DNA of 64,000 nucleotides from a bacterium (GTDB lineage Bacteria > Myxococcota_A > UBA9160 > UBA6930), in contig JAAELW010000079.1 of NCBI GenBank assembly GCA_024226235.1, positions 366-64,365 of the forward strand, written 5' to 3'. The translations under genes and the position numbers were made by a program. This document shows, piece by piece, positions 43,288-53,390 of this stretch (position 1 is its first letter; each line of letters opens with the position of its first letter). Under the pieces are notes generated by a model. That model had not been told where the DNA came from. It made no database searches and was given only the letters and a program-made list of their open reading frames with translations.

Positions 43288-44316
43288 ATGGCAAACCGCC
43301 CTTCGAACGATCCGCGCACCGTCGCAGTCGTCGGGGCCACCGGAGCCGTCGGGGAGGTCGTTCTACGGCTCCTGGCCGAACGCGACTTTCCGGTGGGCGA
43401 ACTGCGGGCGCTGGCGAGCGAACGCTCCGCCGGAAGGACTGTCGCGTTTGCTGGCCGAGACGTGGTCGTCCAGGAGGCCCGGCCGGAAGCCTTCGACGGC
43501 GTCGATTTCGCATTCTTCGCAGCGACCGGGAGCCTTTCGAAGACACTGGCTCCCGAGGTCGCAAAACGCGGTGGCATTGCGATCGACAAGTCGAATACCT
43601 GGCGTCTGAACGATGAGGTTCCGCTGGTGGTACCGGAGATCAACCCGGACGCGCTGGAAAAGCACAAGGGCATCGTCGCATGCCCCAACTGCACGACCAT
43701 CGGGTTCGTCATGGCACTCGAGCCCCTCCACCGGGAGGCCGGAGTGAAATCGGTCGTCGTCACCACCTTGCAGGCGGTCAGCGGGTCGGGCAAGCCGGGC
43801 ATCGAAGAGCTGACGCGCCAGAAGGCGGAGATCGATCGCGGCGAAGCACCGACCCCGGACTTCTATCCCATACCGATCGCCGACAATGCCCTTCCCCTCT
43901 GCGAGAGCTTTCGCGAGGACGGCTATTCCACCGAAGAGATCAAGCTGCTGAACGAGACTCGAAAGATCATGAGCGCGCCCCAGATGGATGTGTCCATGAC
44001 CTGCGTGCGGGTACCCGTGCCGATCGGCCACTCGGCGACCCTGTTGGTCGAAACCGAGCGAACGATCTCTCCGGAGCGTGCCCGTGAGGTTCTCTCGGCC
44101 TTCCCCGGAGTCGAGGTGATGGACGATCCTTCGGAAAACGTCTTCCCGACGGCCATGGATGTAAGTGGCCGCGACGAAGTGCTCGTCGGACGTGTGCGCA
44201 AGGACCTGGCAAGCGATCGGCTCTGGCTGTGGCAGGTTTCGGACAACCTCCGCAAGGGCGCAGCGACGAACGCGATCCAGATCGCCGAAGAGATGATTCG
44301 TCGCGGCCTGAAGTAG
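43288..44316 (+). CDS. asd: Aspartate-semialdehyde dehydrogenase
   Basis: VAVVGATGAVGEVVLRLL Rossmann start, active-site block IVACPNCTTIG, and RVPVPIGHS later. Confidence 0.9.
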   Translation: MANRPSNDPRTVAVVGATGAVGEVVLRLLAERDFPVGELRALASERSAGRTVAFAGRDVVVQEARPEAFDGVDFAFFAATGSLSKTLAPEVAKRGGIAIDKSNTWRLNDEVPLVVPEINPDALEKHKGIVACPNCTTIGFVMALEPLHREAGVKSVVVTTLQAVSGSGKPGIEELTRQKAEIDRGEAPTPDFYPIPIADNALPLCESFREDGYSTEEIKLLNETRKIMSAPQMDVSMTCVRVPVPIGHSATLLVETERTISPERAREVLSAFPGVEVMDDPSENVFPTAMDVSGRDEVLVGRVRKDLASDRLWLWQVSDNLRKGAATNAIQIAEEMIRRGLK

Positions 44317-44322
44317 GCGACG

Positions 44323-44742
44323 ATGCCTTCCAATGGAGAACCCGGCGCCGCCACACACAGGGTGCTGCTTCGCTATATCGCCTTTCAACTTCCGGGATTG
44401 GCCGTGTTCTCTCTGGGTGCGACAGCTGCGGTCGAGTGGATGGAGCTGCCTTTGAACGTGGCGCTCACGGCGGTTGGGTTGTGGATGGTGAAGGACGCGG
44501 TGATGTTCCGCTTCGTGCGCAAGGCCTACGAGCCTGGCGACGGGCGAACACCGCGTGACGTGCGCGATTGCCGTGGAGTGGCAACCGAAGAACTCGGGCC
44601 GGAGGGCTACGTGCGCATAGGTTCCGAGCTGTGGCGCGCCCGCGTCACAGAGGGTTGCCCGCCGATCGCCGAGGGAGGGGCCATCCGCGTGCTCGAGGTT
44701 CGCGGCCTGACCGTCGTCGTAGATCGCGAGCCCCGGGAATGA
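44323..44742 (+). CDS. NfeD-family membrane protein (C-terminal OB domain)
   Basis: Two hydrophobic helices followed by GYVRIGSELWRARV..GGAIRVLEVRGLTVVV. It starts 6 nt after asd. Confidence 0.7.
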   Translation: MPSNGEPGAATHRVLLRYIAFQLPGLAVFSLGATAAVEWMELPLNVALTAVGLWMVKDAVMFRFVRKAYEPGDGRTPRDVRDCRGVATEELGPEGYVRIGSELWRARVTEGCPPIAEGGAIRVLEVRGLTVVVDREPRE

Positions 44743-45581
44743 AGGGAGCGGCTGCGTTCGACCGGCTGCTCGAGCTGCTGAAGCTCGAGACCCTGGATCG
44801 GGATCTATTCGTCGGTGGCACGCCTCGCGGGGAGGGACGACTCTTTGGTGGGCTCGTAGCTGCCCAGGCTGCCGTCGCGGCGATGGAAACCGTCGAGAAT
44901 CGGTCGCTGCATTCCCTGCATGCGTATTTCTTGCGACCGGGTCGGCATGAAACGCCGATCCGCTTCGTCGTTCACCGGATTCGCGACGGTGGCTCCTTCA
45001 CCACCCGACGGGTAGTCGCCTATCAAGCGGGCGAGGCCATCTTCAATCTGTCCACGAGCTTCGCAAGACCCGAGGAGGGCATCTCTCACCAGACGCCACC
45101 GCCGGAAGCGCCCGGCCCCGAGGGCCTACCCGATTGGGAAGAGCTGCGGGCCCGCATGCTGGGCAAGCCGGACGCTGTACGTCACCAGCCGATCGAGGTA
45201 CGCGTCTGCGACCCGGACGATCCGGATGGGGCTCCCCAGGAACCTCGCAAGCGCATCTGGTTCCGTCCGACTGGCACCGTGCCCGAAGACCCGCGCATCC
45301 ACACGGCACTGCTCGTCTACGCGAGCGACCGCACGCTGATCTCCACGGCCTCGCGCCCCCACGGCCTGTGCTGGGGGAAGCGCATGGTGGCGAGCCTCGA
45401 CCACGCGATGTGGATCCACCGGGAACCGCGTTTCGACGACTGGGTGCTCTACGCTTCGGAGAGCCCCGTAGCTCATGCGGCTCGCGGCCTGGTATTCGGC
45501 GGGATGTACGACCGCGAGGGGCACCGCATCGCTTCTGTGGCTCAAGAAGGGCTGATCCGCGCTCCACGACCGTCGTCCTAG
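44739..45581 (+). CDS. tesB: Acyl-CoA thioesterase II
   Basis: LLELLKLETLDRDLFVG...GRLFGGLVAAQA...SLHAYFLRPG...DGGSFTTRRV. The ATG overlaps the NfeD stop (ATGA). The track ORF start 44568 is spurious. Confidence 0.85.
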   Translation: MKGAAAFDRLLELLKLETLDRDLFVGGTPRGEGRLFGGLVAAQAAVAAMETVENRSLHSLHAYFLRPGRHETPIRFVVHRIRDGGSFTTRRVVAYQAGEAIFNLSTSFARPEEGISHQTPPPEAPGPEGLPDWEELRARMLGKPDAVRHQPIEVRVCDPDDPDGAPQEPRKRIWFRPTGTVPEDPRIHTALLVYASDRTLISTASRPHGLCWGKRMVASLDHAMWIHREPRFDDWVLYASESPVAHAARGLVFGGMYDREGHRIASVAQEGLIRAPRPSS

Positions 45582-46003
45582 AGCAGGTAGGTCTGCTCCT
45601 CCGAGAGCGGCGACGAACCGATGGCGTTGAAGGTGCTCACCTTGAAGAACCCGGAAGACGTGCCTTTGGGGAACAGCAAGTGGACCTCGATCCCACCTGG
45701 CTTCGAAGCGTCGCGAGTCACCTCGGTGAACAGGGTGAGCTCCGTCCCGTCGATCTGGGTCACGTTGTACTCGATCACTTCCACGATCCCAGTCCCGAGA
45801 TCGTAGGTCGAGAACGACCCGAAGGTGATGGCAGCCACATCCTCGGGCTGCCCCGCATCAACTCTCCAGATGGTCAGTCCAACGACTTGGCTATCCTCGA
45901 AATCGGGGATCTCGATGTGCAGGGCTCGGAGGTTGCAGCCGGTTGCGATCGTACTCGTGGCCAACAGCAGGGCCAGGCCGAAAAAGCGCAGTGTGCGTCC
46001 CAT
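45578..46003 (-). CDS. Probable lipoprotein, function unknown
   Basis: ATG at 46003 is preceded by GAGGGA and gives MGRTLRFFGLALLLATSTIATGC. Its stop codon shares the palindrome CTAG (45578-45581) with the convergent tesB stop. Confidence 0.55.
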   Translation of the reverse strand: MGRTLRFFGLALLLATSTIATGCNLRALHIEIPDFEDSQVVGLTIWRVDAGQPEDVAAITFGSFSTYDLGTGIVEVIEYNVTQIDGTELTLFTEVTRDASKPGGIEVHLLFPKGTSSGFFKVSTFNAIGSSPLSEEQTYLL

Positions 46004-46174
46004 GACTATTTCCCTCATTCAATTCTCGATGTTGATCGGAAAGGCAGGGACCCAAAAAAGTGATTGGGGGCACCAACCCCCACCAGAATCGAAAGAGAAG
46101 CCCCGAGGGGGCGCCGACAGCCGTGAACCCATCAAGGCGCTGAGCCGTATCTAGTTGCGCGCCTGGGAGAAGAA

Positions 46175-46507
46175 ATGCCGATGAATCGCATCGATCTGGA
46201 AGACCGACCGAAGGCCTTGACCGAATGGCATCGGGGCCACCCCGAGGGCCGGATTGCCGGAGTCTGCGCGGGGCTGGCGGCCGAATTCGACATCCCCATC
46301 ACGCTCGTACGTGCGGGTTTCCTGCTCGGCGGCCTGCTGGGCCCGTCGGTGATCCTGACCGTCGGCCTCTACGGCGTCCTGTGGTTCCTGATGCCCGGGC
46401 AGCCCAGTGCCGAATCCGGCCTCGACAGGGTCGTTGACGCGATCACCTCGCTGAGTGGTGAGGCAAGAGAGCACGTGGAACGCTCGGACGCAGACTTCGA
46501 CCGATAG
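46175..46507 (+). CDS. PspC-domain membrane protein
   Basis: GRIAGVCAGLAAEFDIPITLVRAGFLL followed by a TM helix. Confidence 0.75.
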   Translation: MPMNRIDLEDRPKALTEWHRGHPEGRIAGVCAGLAAEFDIPITLVRAGFLLGGLLGPSVILTVGLYGVLWFLMPGQPSAESGLDRVVDAITSLSGEAREHVERSDADFDR

Positions 46508-46544
46508 AAGAGTTCCGATCAACGGCTGCGTGTACGATTGCCCC

Positions 46545-47306
46545 ATGAATGCAGAGATGGGAGCGATCGAGCGTGCGGCTTTCGATGCCTGGCCCGCAGC
46601 GGAGGTCCAGGAACTCGGTAGCTGGCGTCTACGCTTCAACCATGGGGTGACGAACAGGGGCAATTCGGTCTGGCCAGGAGGCCCGGAGTGTCCGGACGTC
46701 CGCGAAATCGACGAAAACCTGGATGCGGCAGAGGGTTTCTACCGTGAGCGCGGGTGCCCTGCCCTGTTCCAGCTCACGCCTCTCGCCCAACCGGGAAGCC
46801 TCGACAGCAGACTCGAAACGCGTGGCTACCAGAGGGTGTCACCGGTTCACGTCCAATCCGCCGAAGCCTTGCCGGTTGCCGAGCTACCCATCCGCACCGC
46901 ACTGCACACCGGTTGTGATGACCAGCCCTCACCCGCCTGGATCGATCTGGCGACCCACCGTGGGCGCTATTCCGGAACCCAGGCCGACATCTTCCTCGCG
47001 ATGCTCGAGAAGTTGGGAGGTCGAGCAGGTTTCGGCTGGGCCGGCGAGGGAGACGAGATCGCTGCGACGGGAATGGTCGTCGCCGCTCCACCCTGGGCCG
47101 GCATCTTCGCAATGCGCACACAGGAAATCGCACGAGGCCAGGGACTCGGCCGGTCCGTACTCGTCGCGCTCGCTCGCTGGGCAACCAGCCGAGGCGCTCG
47201 CCACCTCTACCTCCAGGTCGAGCAGGACAACGCGCCTGCGCAATCCCTCTATCAGAGAGCAGGCTTCGAGCTCCGCTACCCCTACCACTATCGAAGGGCT
47301 CCCTAG
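46545..47306 (+). CDS. GNAT-family N-acetyltransferase
   Basis: The C-terminal half has the acetyl-CoA site pattern ..RTQEIARGQGLGRSVLVAL..ARHLYLQVEQDNAPAQSLYQRAGF. Start at the internal ATG 46545. Confidence 0.75.
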   Translation: MNAEMGAIERAAFDAWPAAEVQELGSWRLRFNHGVTNRGNSVWPGGPECPDVREIDENLDAAEGFYRERGCPALFQLTPLAQPGSLDSRLETRGYQRVSPVHVQSAEALPVAELPIRTALHTGCDDQPSPAWIDLATHRGRYSGTQADIFLAMLEKLGGRAGFGWAGEGDEIAATGMVVAAPPWAGIFAMRTQEIARGQGLGRSVLVALARWATSRGARHLYLQVEQDNAPAQSLYQRAGFELRYPYHYRRAP

Positions 47307-47337
47307 ACGCAGCGGAGGAGACGCTCCTCTGTTGCGT
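47307..47337. terminator. Hairpin between convergent genes (candidate bidirectional terminator)
   Basis: ACGCAGCGGAGGAG-acg-CTCCTCTGTTGCGT: a 14-bp stem with two G-U pairs on the + transcript, followed by UUUA. It fills the whole gap between the GNAT and lyase stops. Confidence 0.5.
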
Positions 47338-48384
47338 TTACAGGGAGTAGGCTTTGGCCATCTCGGGATCGCGGGCGGCGATGAGTTTGGCGAGCTCGAC
47401 CATCACCTTGCATTGCTTGACGGTGGCGTCGTCCTGCATCTTGCCGTCGATCATCACGGTGCCAGAGCCGTCACCCATTTCGTCGATCACCTTCACTGCC
47501 CAGGCCACTTCGTCCGGCGGCGGACTGAAGACGTTGCGAGCGATGTCGATCTGCTTCGGGTGGAGCGACCAGGCACCGACGCAACCCATCAGGAATGCGT
47601 TGCGGAACTGGTCTTCGCAGGCGAGGGAATCGGCGATGTCACCGAAGGGGCCGTAGAACGGCAGGATGCCGGTAGCCGCACAGGCATCGACCATGCGTGC
47701 CAGCGTGTAGTGCCAGAGATCCTGCTGGGCGACGGCCCGCGGAGCGTTCTCGTCTTCCTTCGGATCCTCACGCACCAGGTAGCCTGGATGGCCGCCACCG
47801 ACGCGCGTCGTCTTCATACGGCGGCTCGCCGCCAGGTCCGCCGGCCCCAGACTCATGCCTTGCATTCGCGGGCTCGCGAGGGCGATCTCCTCGACATTGG
47901 CTACGCCCTGGGCGGTCTCGAGAATGGCGTGTACGAGGATCGGCCGCTCGAGTGAATGCTTGGCTTCGAGCTGCGCGAGCAGCTGATCCACGTAGTGGAT
48001 GTCCCAGGGGCCTTCGACCTTGGGGATCATCACCACGTCGAGTTTGTCGCCGGCCTCAGCAACGATTTGCAACATGTCGTCCAGGAACCAAGGGCTGTCG
48101 AGGCTGTTCACCCGCGACCAGAACTGGGTCGTCCCGAAATCCGTATCCCGCGCGATCTTGCACAGACCCTCGCGAGCGGCCTCCTTGTTCTTCACGTCGA
48201 TCGCGTCCTCGAGGTTGGCGAGGATGATGTCCACCTTCTTGGCGATGTCCGGCACCTTCACGGCCATGCGCGGATTCGAGGGATCGAAGAAGTGGATCAT
48301 CCGCGAGGGACGCGCCGGAATATCGATCCAGGGCGTGGGTGCACCGATGGCGAGGGGCCTGCCGATGTTTCGGGGGTTGCGCAT
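47338..48384 (-). CDS. mcl: L-malyl-CoA / beta-methylmalyl-CoA lyase-like (HpcH/HpaI-CitE family)
   Basis: 348 aa from ATG 48384 (AGGAG upstream). Long collinear blocks match my recollection of Chloroflexus/Rhodobacter Mcl: [65 protein letters not shown]. Confidence 0.75.
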   Translation of the reverse strand: MRNPRNIGRPLAIGAPTPWIDIPARPSRMIHFFDPSNPRMAVKVPDIAKKVDIILANLEDAIDVKNKEAAREGLCKIARDTDFGTTQFWSRVNSLDSPWFLDDMLQIVAEAGDKLDVVMIPKVEGPWDIHYVDQLLAQLEAKHSLERPILVHAILETAQGVANVEEIALASPRMQGMSLGPADLAASRRMKTTRVGGGHPGYLVREDPKEDENAPRAVAQQDLWHYTLARMVDACAATGILPFYGPFGDIADSLACEDQFRNAFLMGCVGAWSLHPKQIDIARNVFSPPPDEVAWAVKVIDEMGDGSGTVMIDGKMQDDATVKQCKVMVELAKLIAARDPEMAKAYSL

Positions 48385-48442
48385 GGGTTTCTCCTGCTTC
48401 GAGGCGTGCAAAAGGAATGGCGGGCGATTCTAGCGAATAGGC

Positions 48443-51400
48443 CTATACGGTCACTGGGGGTAGGGGAGCCTTGGGCTTGCGGTGGAGCTTGGCCCGCAGC
48501 CACTCGAGACCGTCATCGAGCACCAGGTAGAAAACAGGCACGATCAGCAGCGTGAGCGCAGTCGACGAGATCATTCCTGCACCCGTGGCCACGGCCATCG
48601 GCGCACGGCTCTCGGAGCCGGGGCCAATGCCGAGTGCAGCGGGAGCCACACCAAAGATCATCGAAAGTGCGGTCATCAGCACGGGCCGCATGCGAATCGG
48701 CGCGGCGGTCGTCATCGCTGTAACCTTGTCCATGCCCTGTTCGCGCAACTGGTTGGCGTAGTCCACCAACAGGATGGAATTCTTCGTCGCGAGCCCGAAG
48801 AGCAGGATGATGCCGATCATCGAGAAGATGTTCAGCGTCATCCCCCTGAGGAAGAGCCCCCCGTAAGCGCCGACCATGGCCAGAGGCAGGGCGAACATGA
48901 CCGTCAGCGGGTGGACCAGGCTCTCGAACTGAGCGGCCAGGATCATGTAGATGACGAGGATGGCCAGCACCATCGCAAAACCCAACTCCTGGAACGAAGC
49001 AAGGAACTCCTCGGAACCACCCGAAGCGATGAGCCTCACATCTTCGGGAAGGATGTCAGCGGCGATCGCGTGGGCCTCGGCCAGAGCCTTCCCCAGGTCC
49101 TTGCCCTCCAGATTCGCCGAGATCTTCACGCTTCGCTGACGATTCGTCCGGGTGATCGTCGATGGAGCTGCGGTCTTCTCGATCTTCACGAGGTTTCGAA
49201 GCTCGATCACATCCCCTGTCCGTGTACGGACGTAGAGGCCGAGAATCGACTGCGGATCGTCGCGATCCTCCTGCTCGAGGCGCATGCGAATGTCGTAACG
49301 GTTCCCCGCCTCCTTGAACGTCCCGACGCGAAGGCCACCTATCATCGCCTGCACGGTGGATGCCAGCTGGTCGGCATCGACACCGAGCGATGCAGCCTTC
49401 TCACGGTCTGGAATGACCCGGACCTCAGGACTGCCCAGCTTCAAGCTCTTGTTGAGACCCACGTAGCCACCGCGCGCACGGAGTTCATCGATCAGCTTCT
49501 CCCCCAGTTGGTCGAGGGTCGAGAGTTCGACGTTGCCCTGAAGCTCCACCTCCATATCGCTGCTGTCGGAGCTGCCGCCGAAACCAGACATATCGCTCAC
49601 GCGAACCTTCATTCCTGGGATTTCAGAGAGAACCTCCCGCGCCTCACGAACGATCTCCTGAGCGCTGCGTTCCCGCTCAGCTCGATTCTTGAACATGACG
49701 AACATGATGCCCCGGGTGGGATCCGAGCCGCTGCTCGATCCCCCGGTACCAGCACCAGCGAACGCACCAGCAACCTCCGGCTGGCTGAGCACCCAATCCT
49801 CGGCGCGTTTCAGCATCTCCAGGGTTCCTTCCGGGCTCGTCCCGGGCGGTGTCTCGATGGTGATGAACATGCGCCCTTCGTCCGAAGACGGAAAGAACTC
49901 GGCTCCGAGCTGACCCGCCAGACCGAAGGCGGCAAAGAACGTGAGAGTTGCCACCAGGAGCGTGACCGCCCTGTGCTCGACCGACCAGCCGAGCATCTTC
50001 CGGTAGCCGCGTTCCAGCGCATCCAACCAACGTTCGAAGGTGTCGTAGATGCTGCCGTGGGCTCTCTTCTTGGGTGGCGGAATGCGTGCTGCAAGCATGG
50101 GTGTCAAGGTCAGCGCAACGAAAAGCGAGATCATCACGGCGGCGGCCACCGTCGCGCCGAATTCGCCCAGGAAATTTCCGACTAGTCCATCCACGAAGAT
50201 CACCGGAAGGAACACCACGGCGATGGAGACGGTTGCGGCAGTCGCGGCAAACGCCACCTCGCGAGCACCCTTCGACGCAGCGACATGTGGCTCCTCGCCA
50301 AGATCCCTATGGCGCTCGATGTTCTCGAGCACCACGATGGCGTCGTCGATGACCACGCCCACCGCCAGCGTGAGAGCCAACAACGTCATCGAGTTGAGCG
50401 TGTAGTCGAGCATCCACATCACGCTGAAGGTCGTGATCAGTGAAAACGGGATCGCCAACGCCACCACCAGAGTCGGACGGAAGCGGCGAAGGAATACGAA
50501 GACTGTCAGCGTCGCGAGCAGTGCACCGAACCAGAGGCTGAAGATCGCCTCCTCCACGGATTCGCGGACCGAACGGGAGAAATCCGCGACTCCGTCCCCT
50601 TCCTTGAAGCGCATGTCCTCCGGCAACGTCTCCTGGATCTTCGCGAGCCGACGGCGAACCTCATCGGCCACGGCAACCGTATTTCCGTCGGAGGTCTTCA
50701 CCACTCCGATTCCGACTGCCGGCCCACCGTCGTAGCGCGAGTAGTAGCGTTGGTCCTCGACGCCATCTTCCACACGGGCCACATCCCGGAGGCGAATCGG
50801 AGCCCCGTTCTCGAAGGCAAGCACCATGTCCGCGAGTTCATCGACCGTCCGGTATTCGGCATCGGTCTTCACGGAGAACTCGACCATGCCACCTTCGACC
50901 ACACCGCCGGGCCGCTCGATATGCTCGCGCCGAAGACTCGTGATCACGTCGGTTGCCGCAAGACCGCGGGCGCGCAATGCGTTGCCATCCAGCCAGATAC
51001 GAATCTCGCGATTCAGCTCTCCGAAGACCTCGATCCCGGCGACGCCGGTGATCGTCTCGACGAGGGGTTTGACCTGATGCTTGACGAACTCGCTGGCCTC
51101 GCTCTGGGGGCGCGGGCTGAGAAGCGGCACCCACATGATCGGAAAGCCGCCGAAATCGAACTTGCTGACGACGGGTGGTTCCATCTCCTCGGGCAGATCG
51201 AAGCGAGCCCGTTCCACCCGATCGCGCACGTCCTGGGTGGCTGCATCGAGATCCGTGCCGAGCACGAACTCGACCGAGATCGAAGTCCGCCCCTGCCTGG
51301 ATTGGGACGAAAGCCTCCGAACGCCTTCGATCGTGTTCAGATGCTCCTCGAGCGGGTCCGTGACGTCCTCCTCCATCACCTCGGGGCTCGCACCCTCCAG

Positions 51401-51550
51401 GAGCCCGGTCACGCCCACGACGGGGAACTCCATGTCCGGGTAGGCGTTGACGCCGAGGCGCACGAAGCCAAGCACACCGAACACGATCAGCGAGAGCGAC
51501 ACCATCCACGTGAGGATGGGTCGCCGGATGAAGAGATCGATCCAGTTCAA
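48443..51550 (-). CDS. RND efflux transporter, inner-membrane permease (AcrB/HAE family)
   Basis: 1035 aa. N-terminal FIRRPILTWMVSL, twelve TM helices and two large loops. Confidence 0.9.
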   Translation of the reverse strand: MNWIDLFIRRPILTWMVSLSLIVFGVLGFVRLGVNAYPDMEFPVVGVTGLLEGASPEVMEEDVTDPLEEHLNTIEGVRRLSSQSRQGRTSISVEFVLGTDLDAATQDVRDRVERARFDLPEEMEPPVVSKFDFGGFPIMWVPLLSPRPQSEASEFVKHQVKPLVETITGVAGIEVFGELNREIRIWLDGNALRARGLAATDVITSLRREHIERPGGVVEGGMVEFSVKTDAEYRTVDELADMVLAFENGAPIRLRDVARVEDGVEDQRYYSRYDGGPAVGIGVVKTSDGNTVAVADEVRRRLAKIQETLPEDMRFKEGDGVADFSRSVRESVEEAIFSLWFGALLATLTVFVFLRRFRPTLVVALAIPFSLITTFSVMWMLDYTLNSMTLLALTLAVGVVIDDAIVVLENIERHRDLGEEPHVAASKGAREVAFAATAATVSIAVVFLPVIFVDGLVGNFLGEFGATVAAAVMISLFVALTLTPMLAARIPPPKKRAHGSIYDTFERWLDALERGYRKMLGWSVEHRAVTLLVATLTFFAAFGLAGQLGAEFFPSSDEGRMFITIETPPGTSPEGTLEMLKRAEDWVLSQPEVAGAFAGAGTGGSSSGSDPTRGIMFVMFKNRAERERSAQEIVREAREVLSEIPGMKVRVSDMSGFGGSSDSSDMEVELQGNVELSTLDQLGEKLIDELRARGGYVGLNKSLKLGSPEVRVIPDREKAASLGVDADQLASTVQAMIGGLRVGTFKEAGNRYDIRMRLEQEDRDDPQSILGLYVRTRTGDVIELRNLVKIEKTAAPSTITRTNRQRSVKISANLEGKDLGKALAEAHAIAADILPEDVRLIASGGSEEFLASFQELGFAMVLAILVIYMILAAQFESLVHPLTVMFALPLAMVGAYGGLFLRGMTLNIFSMIGIILLFGLATKNSILLVDYANQLREQGMDKVTAMTTAAPIRMRPVLMTALSMIFGVAPAALGIGPGSESRAPMAVATGAGMISSTALTLLIVPVFYLVLDDGLEWLRAKLHRKPKAPLPPVTV

Positions 51551-52710
51551 CGCAAGGCCTTCGAAGGCGCGGCACTGCCCGCCGCCATGTCAGGTGCGTC
51601 GGCCGCCACGTTCATCTCACTCCGCTCTTCACTTCCATCCGGATTCCGTCGCGAGACGAGCATGTCATCGGAGAGCGCTGCGTGGCCACGAACCACGATC
51701 ACATCCCCGACGCCCAGCCCAGAGATGATCTCGATCTGCCCCCCCAGATGAATTCCTGCCTCGACGGCCACCCGATGCACCCGATTCTCCGCGTCCACCG
51801 TGTAGACGATCTGGCCTTCGGCCCGCAGCAGCACGGCTTGCTGCGGCACGACCAACGCCTTCTCGCGTGTCGCTACGCCGAGATCCGCTCGCGCAAACAG
51901 ACCGGGCCGCAGGCGCCCATCGCCATTCGAAATCCGCGCCTTCACCCGCAACGTCCGCGTTCGTCGATCGATCCGCGGAGAGATGACCGAGACCTCACCC
52001 GTGAAGATCTCCTCCGGATACGGAGAAACACGAACGGCGACCTTCATCCCGAGCCGCACGCGTGCTGAATCCCGCTCTGCGACACTGAATTCGACCTCGA
52101 TCGGATCGAGCGCGACCAGGTCGAAGAGCTCTTGCCCGACCCGCACGTACTCTCCCCTGGAAACCTCCCGGGAGGCGATCAGCCCTGAGAATGGCGCGCG
52201 CACCTGGCTGTCTTCTACCGCCCGAGCCGCGACGCCAACCCGTGCTCCTGCCGCCTGCCTGCGGGAACGGGCCAGGGAAAGGGCCGTCTTCGCCTTGTCC
52301 AATGCCTGACTGGACGCGATCTTGCGATCGAAGAGCTGCTGCCTTCGGACCAGCTCGCGCTGCTGCTCCTCCAGATTCGCCACGGCTTCGGCGAGACGCG
52401 CGCGAGCATCGGCCAACTCGAGTTCGCGCTTCTGCGGATCGATCGAGAGCAGCAGATCGCCCTCTTCGACCCTGTCGCCTTCGTCGATCTGGAGCTCGGT
52501 AATCCGTCCGGCCACCTCGGATGCAAGAGTCGCCGAATCCTTGGCCAGGAGCTCGCCCGTGGCTTCGATCTGCTCCTCGAGCGTCACGAGTTCCACCTCC
52601 TGCACGACCACGGGACGAGCCGTAATGTTGATGTCTTGCGGTGCATCGGAGCACGCAAGGGCCGCGAGCGCGAGACACCCGACCCATCTCGGATTTGCGA
52701 GACCTAGCAT
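51547..52710 (-). CDS. RND periplasmic adaptor (membrane fusion protein, HlyD family)
   Basis: Signal peptide with Cys (LAALACS), a coiled-coil segment and beta-barrel blocks (VRAPFSGLI). 4-nt overlap with the permease gene. Confidence 0.85.
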   Translation of the reverse strand: MLGLANPRWVGCLALAALACSDAPQDINITARPVVVQEVELVTLEEQIEATGELLAKDSATLASEVAGRITELQIDEGDRVEEGDLLLSIDPQKRELELADARARLAEAVANLEEQQRELVRRQQLFDRKIASSQALDKAKTALSLARSRRQAAGARVGVAARAVEDSQVRAPFSGLIASREVSRGEYVRVGQELFDLVALDPIEVEFSVAERDSARVRLGMKVAVRVSPYPEEIFTGEVSVISPRIDRRTRTLRVKARISNGDGRLRPGLFARADLGVATREKALVVPQQAVLLRAEGQIVYTVDAENRVHRVAVEAGIHLGGQIEIISGLGVGDVIVVRGHAALSDDMLVSRRNPDGSEERSEMNVAADAPDMAAGSAAPSKALR

Positions 52711-53342
52711 TTCGATTCCCTCTTCCCTCTGCGGCTGACCTTGCCTCGGACGGGCTCGACCAGCCCGCGCAGCAACGCGCCGATGGCGTCCTCATCAAGA
52801 GTCTTCGACCAGGGTCGGTCCGGTCGATGGATGCGACCGGAAATCAGCCCATGACACAGCGCCCAGAGTGCCTGTGCGGCGCTCTGCGGATTCCCGGTGC
52901 GCAACCGGCCTTCCTCCCAGAGCCGCCCCCAGATCTGCTCGAAGCGGGTACGGGCCTCGTCGATCACTTCCGGGGGTTGCCAGTCCTGGCCCCGCGGAAG
53001 GAAGTGCAGCTGATAGTGGTTCGGATGACGGATGCCGTAGCGCACGAAGATCTGCGCCAGCCGGGTCAGATCTTCGATCAGATCCCCACTTTGCGGTGCA
53101 CGATCGAATTGTTCCAGGAGCTGCTCGAAGCCCTGAGCGAGGAGCGCATCCAGCAGACCATCCTTGTCCCCGAAGTGCTGATAGATCGTGGGGGCCGTGT
53201 AGCCACAACGCTCGACCAGGCGACGGATGGAGAAGGCATCCTGTCCCCCTTCCGAAAGCAGGGCCTCACTGGCGTCCAGGATCGCATGCCGCGCTTCGGC
53301 GCGACGCTCGCGCCGGCGCTCTTGTTGGGTCTGGGCACTCAT
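52704..53342 (-). CDS. TetR/AcrR-family transcriptional regulator
   Basis: HTH block AFSIRRLVERCGYTAPTIYQHFGDKDGLL. Start taken at ATG 53342 (MSAQTQQERRR). Its 3' end overlaps the adaptor gene start by 7 nt. Confidence 0.85.
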   Translation of the reverse strand: MSAQTQQERRRERRAEARHAILDASEALLSEGGQDAFSIRRLVERCGYTAPTIYQHFGDKDGLLDALLAQGFEQLLEQFDRAPQSGDLIEDLTRLAQIFVRYGIRHPNHYQLHFLPRGQDWQPPEVIDEARTRFEQIWGRLWEEGRLRTGNPQSAAQALWALCHGLISGRIHRPDRPWSKTLDEDAIGALLRGLVEPVRGKVSRRGKRESKC

Positions 53343-53375
53343 GCTGGATGGGGATTCGGGGTCCGGGGGCGCGGG

Positions 53376-53390
53376 TTGAACGCCGTTCAA
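53376..53390. promoter_or_regulatory. 15-bp palindrome upstream of the TetR/RND operon (candidate operator)
   Basis: TTGAAC-GCC-GTTCAA read directly, 34 nt upstream of the preferred TetR start. Confidence 0.4.

Noticed and set aside
42389-43802. Two long minus-strand ORFs (391 aa and 360 aa) across the C69-like gene and asd
   Set aside because: They are antisense to well-supported genes and have Arg/Pro/Ser-rich low-complexity sequence.
48482-51751. + strand ORFs of 567 aa and 333 aa over the RND permease and adaptor genes
   Set aside because: They are shadow ORFs opposite a 1035-aa AcrB-type protein.
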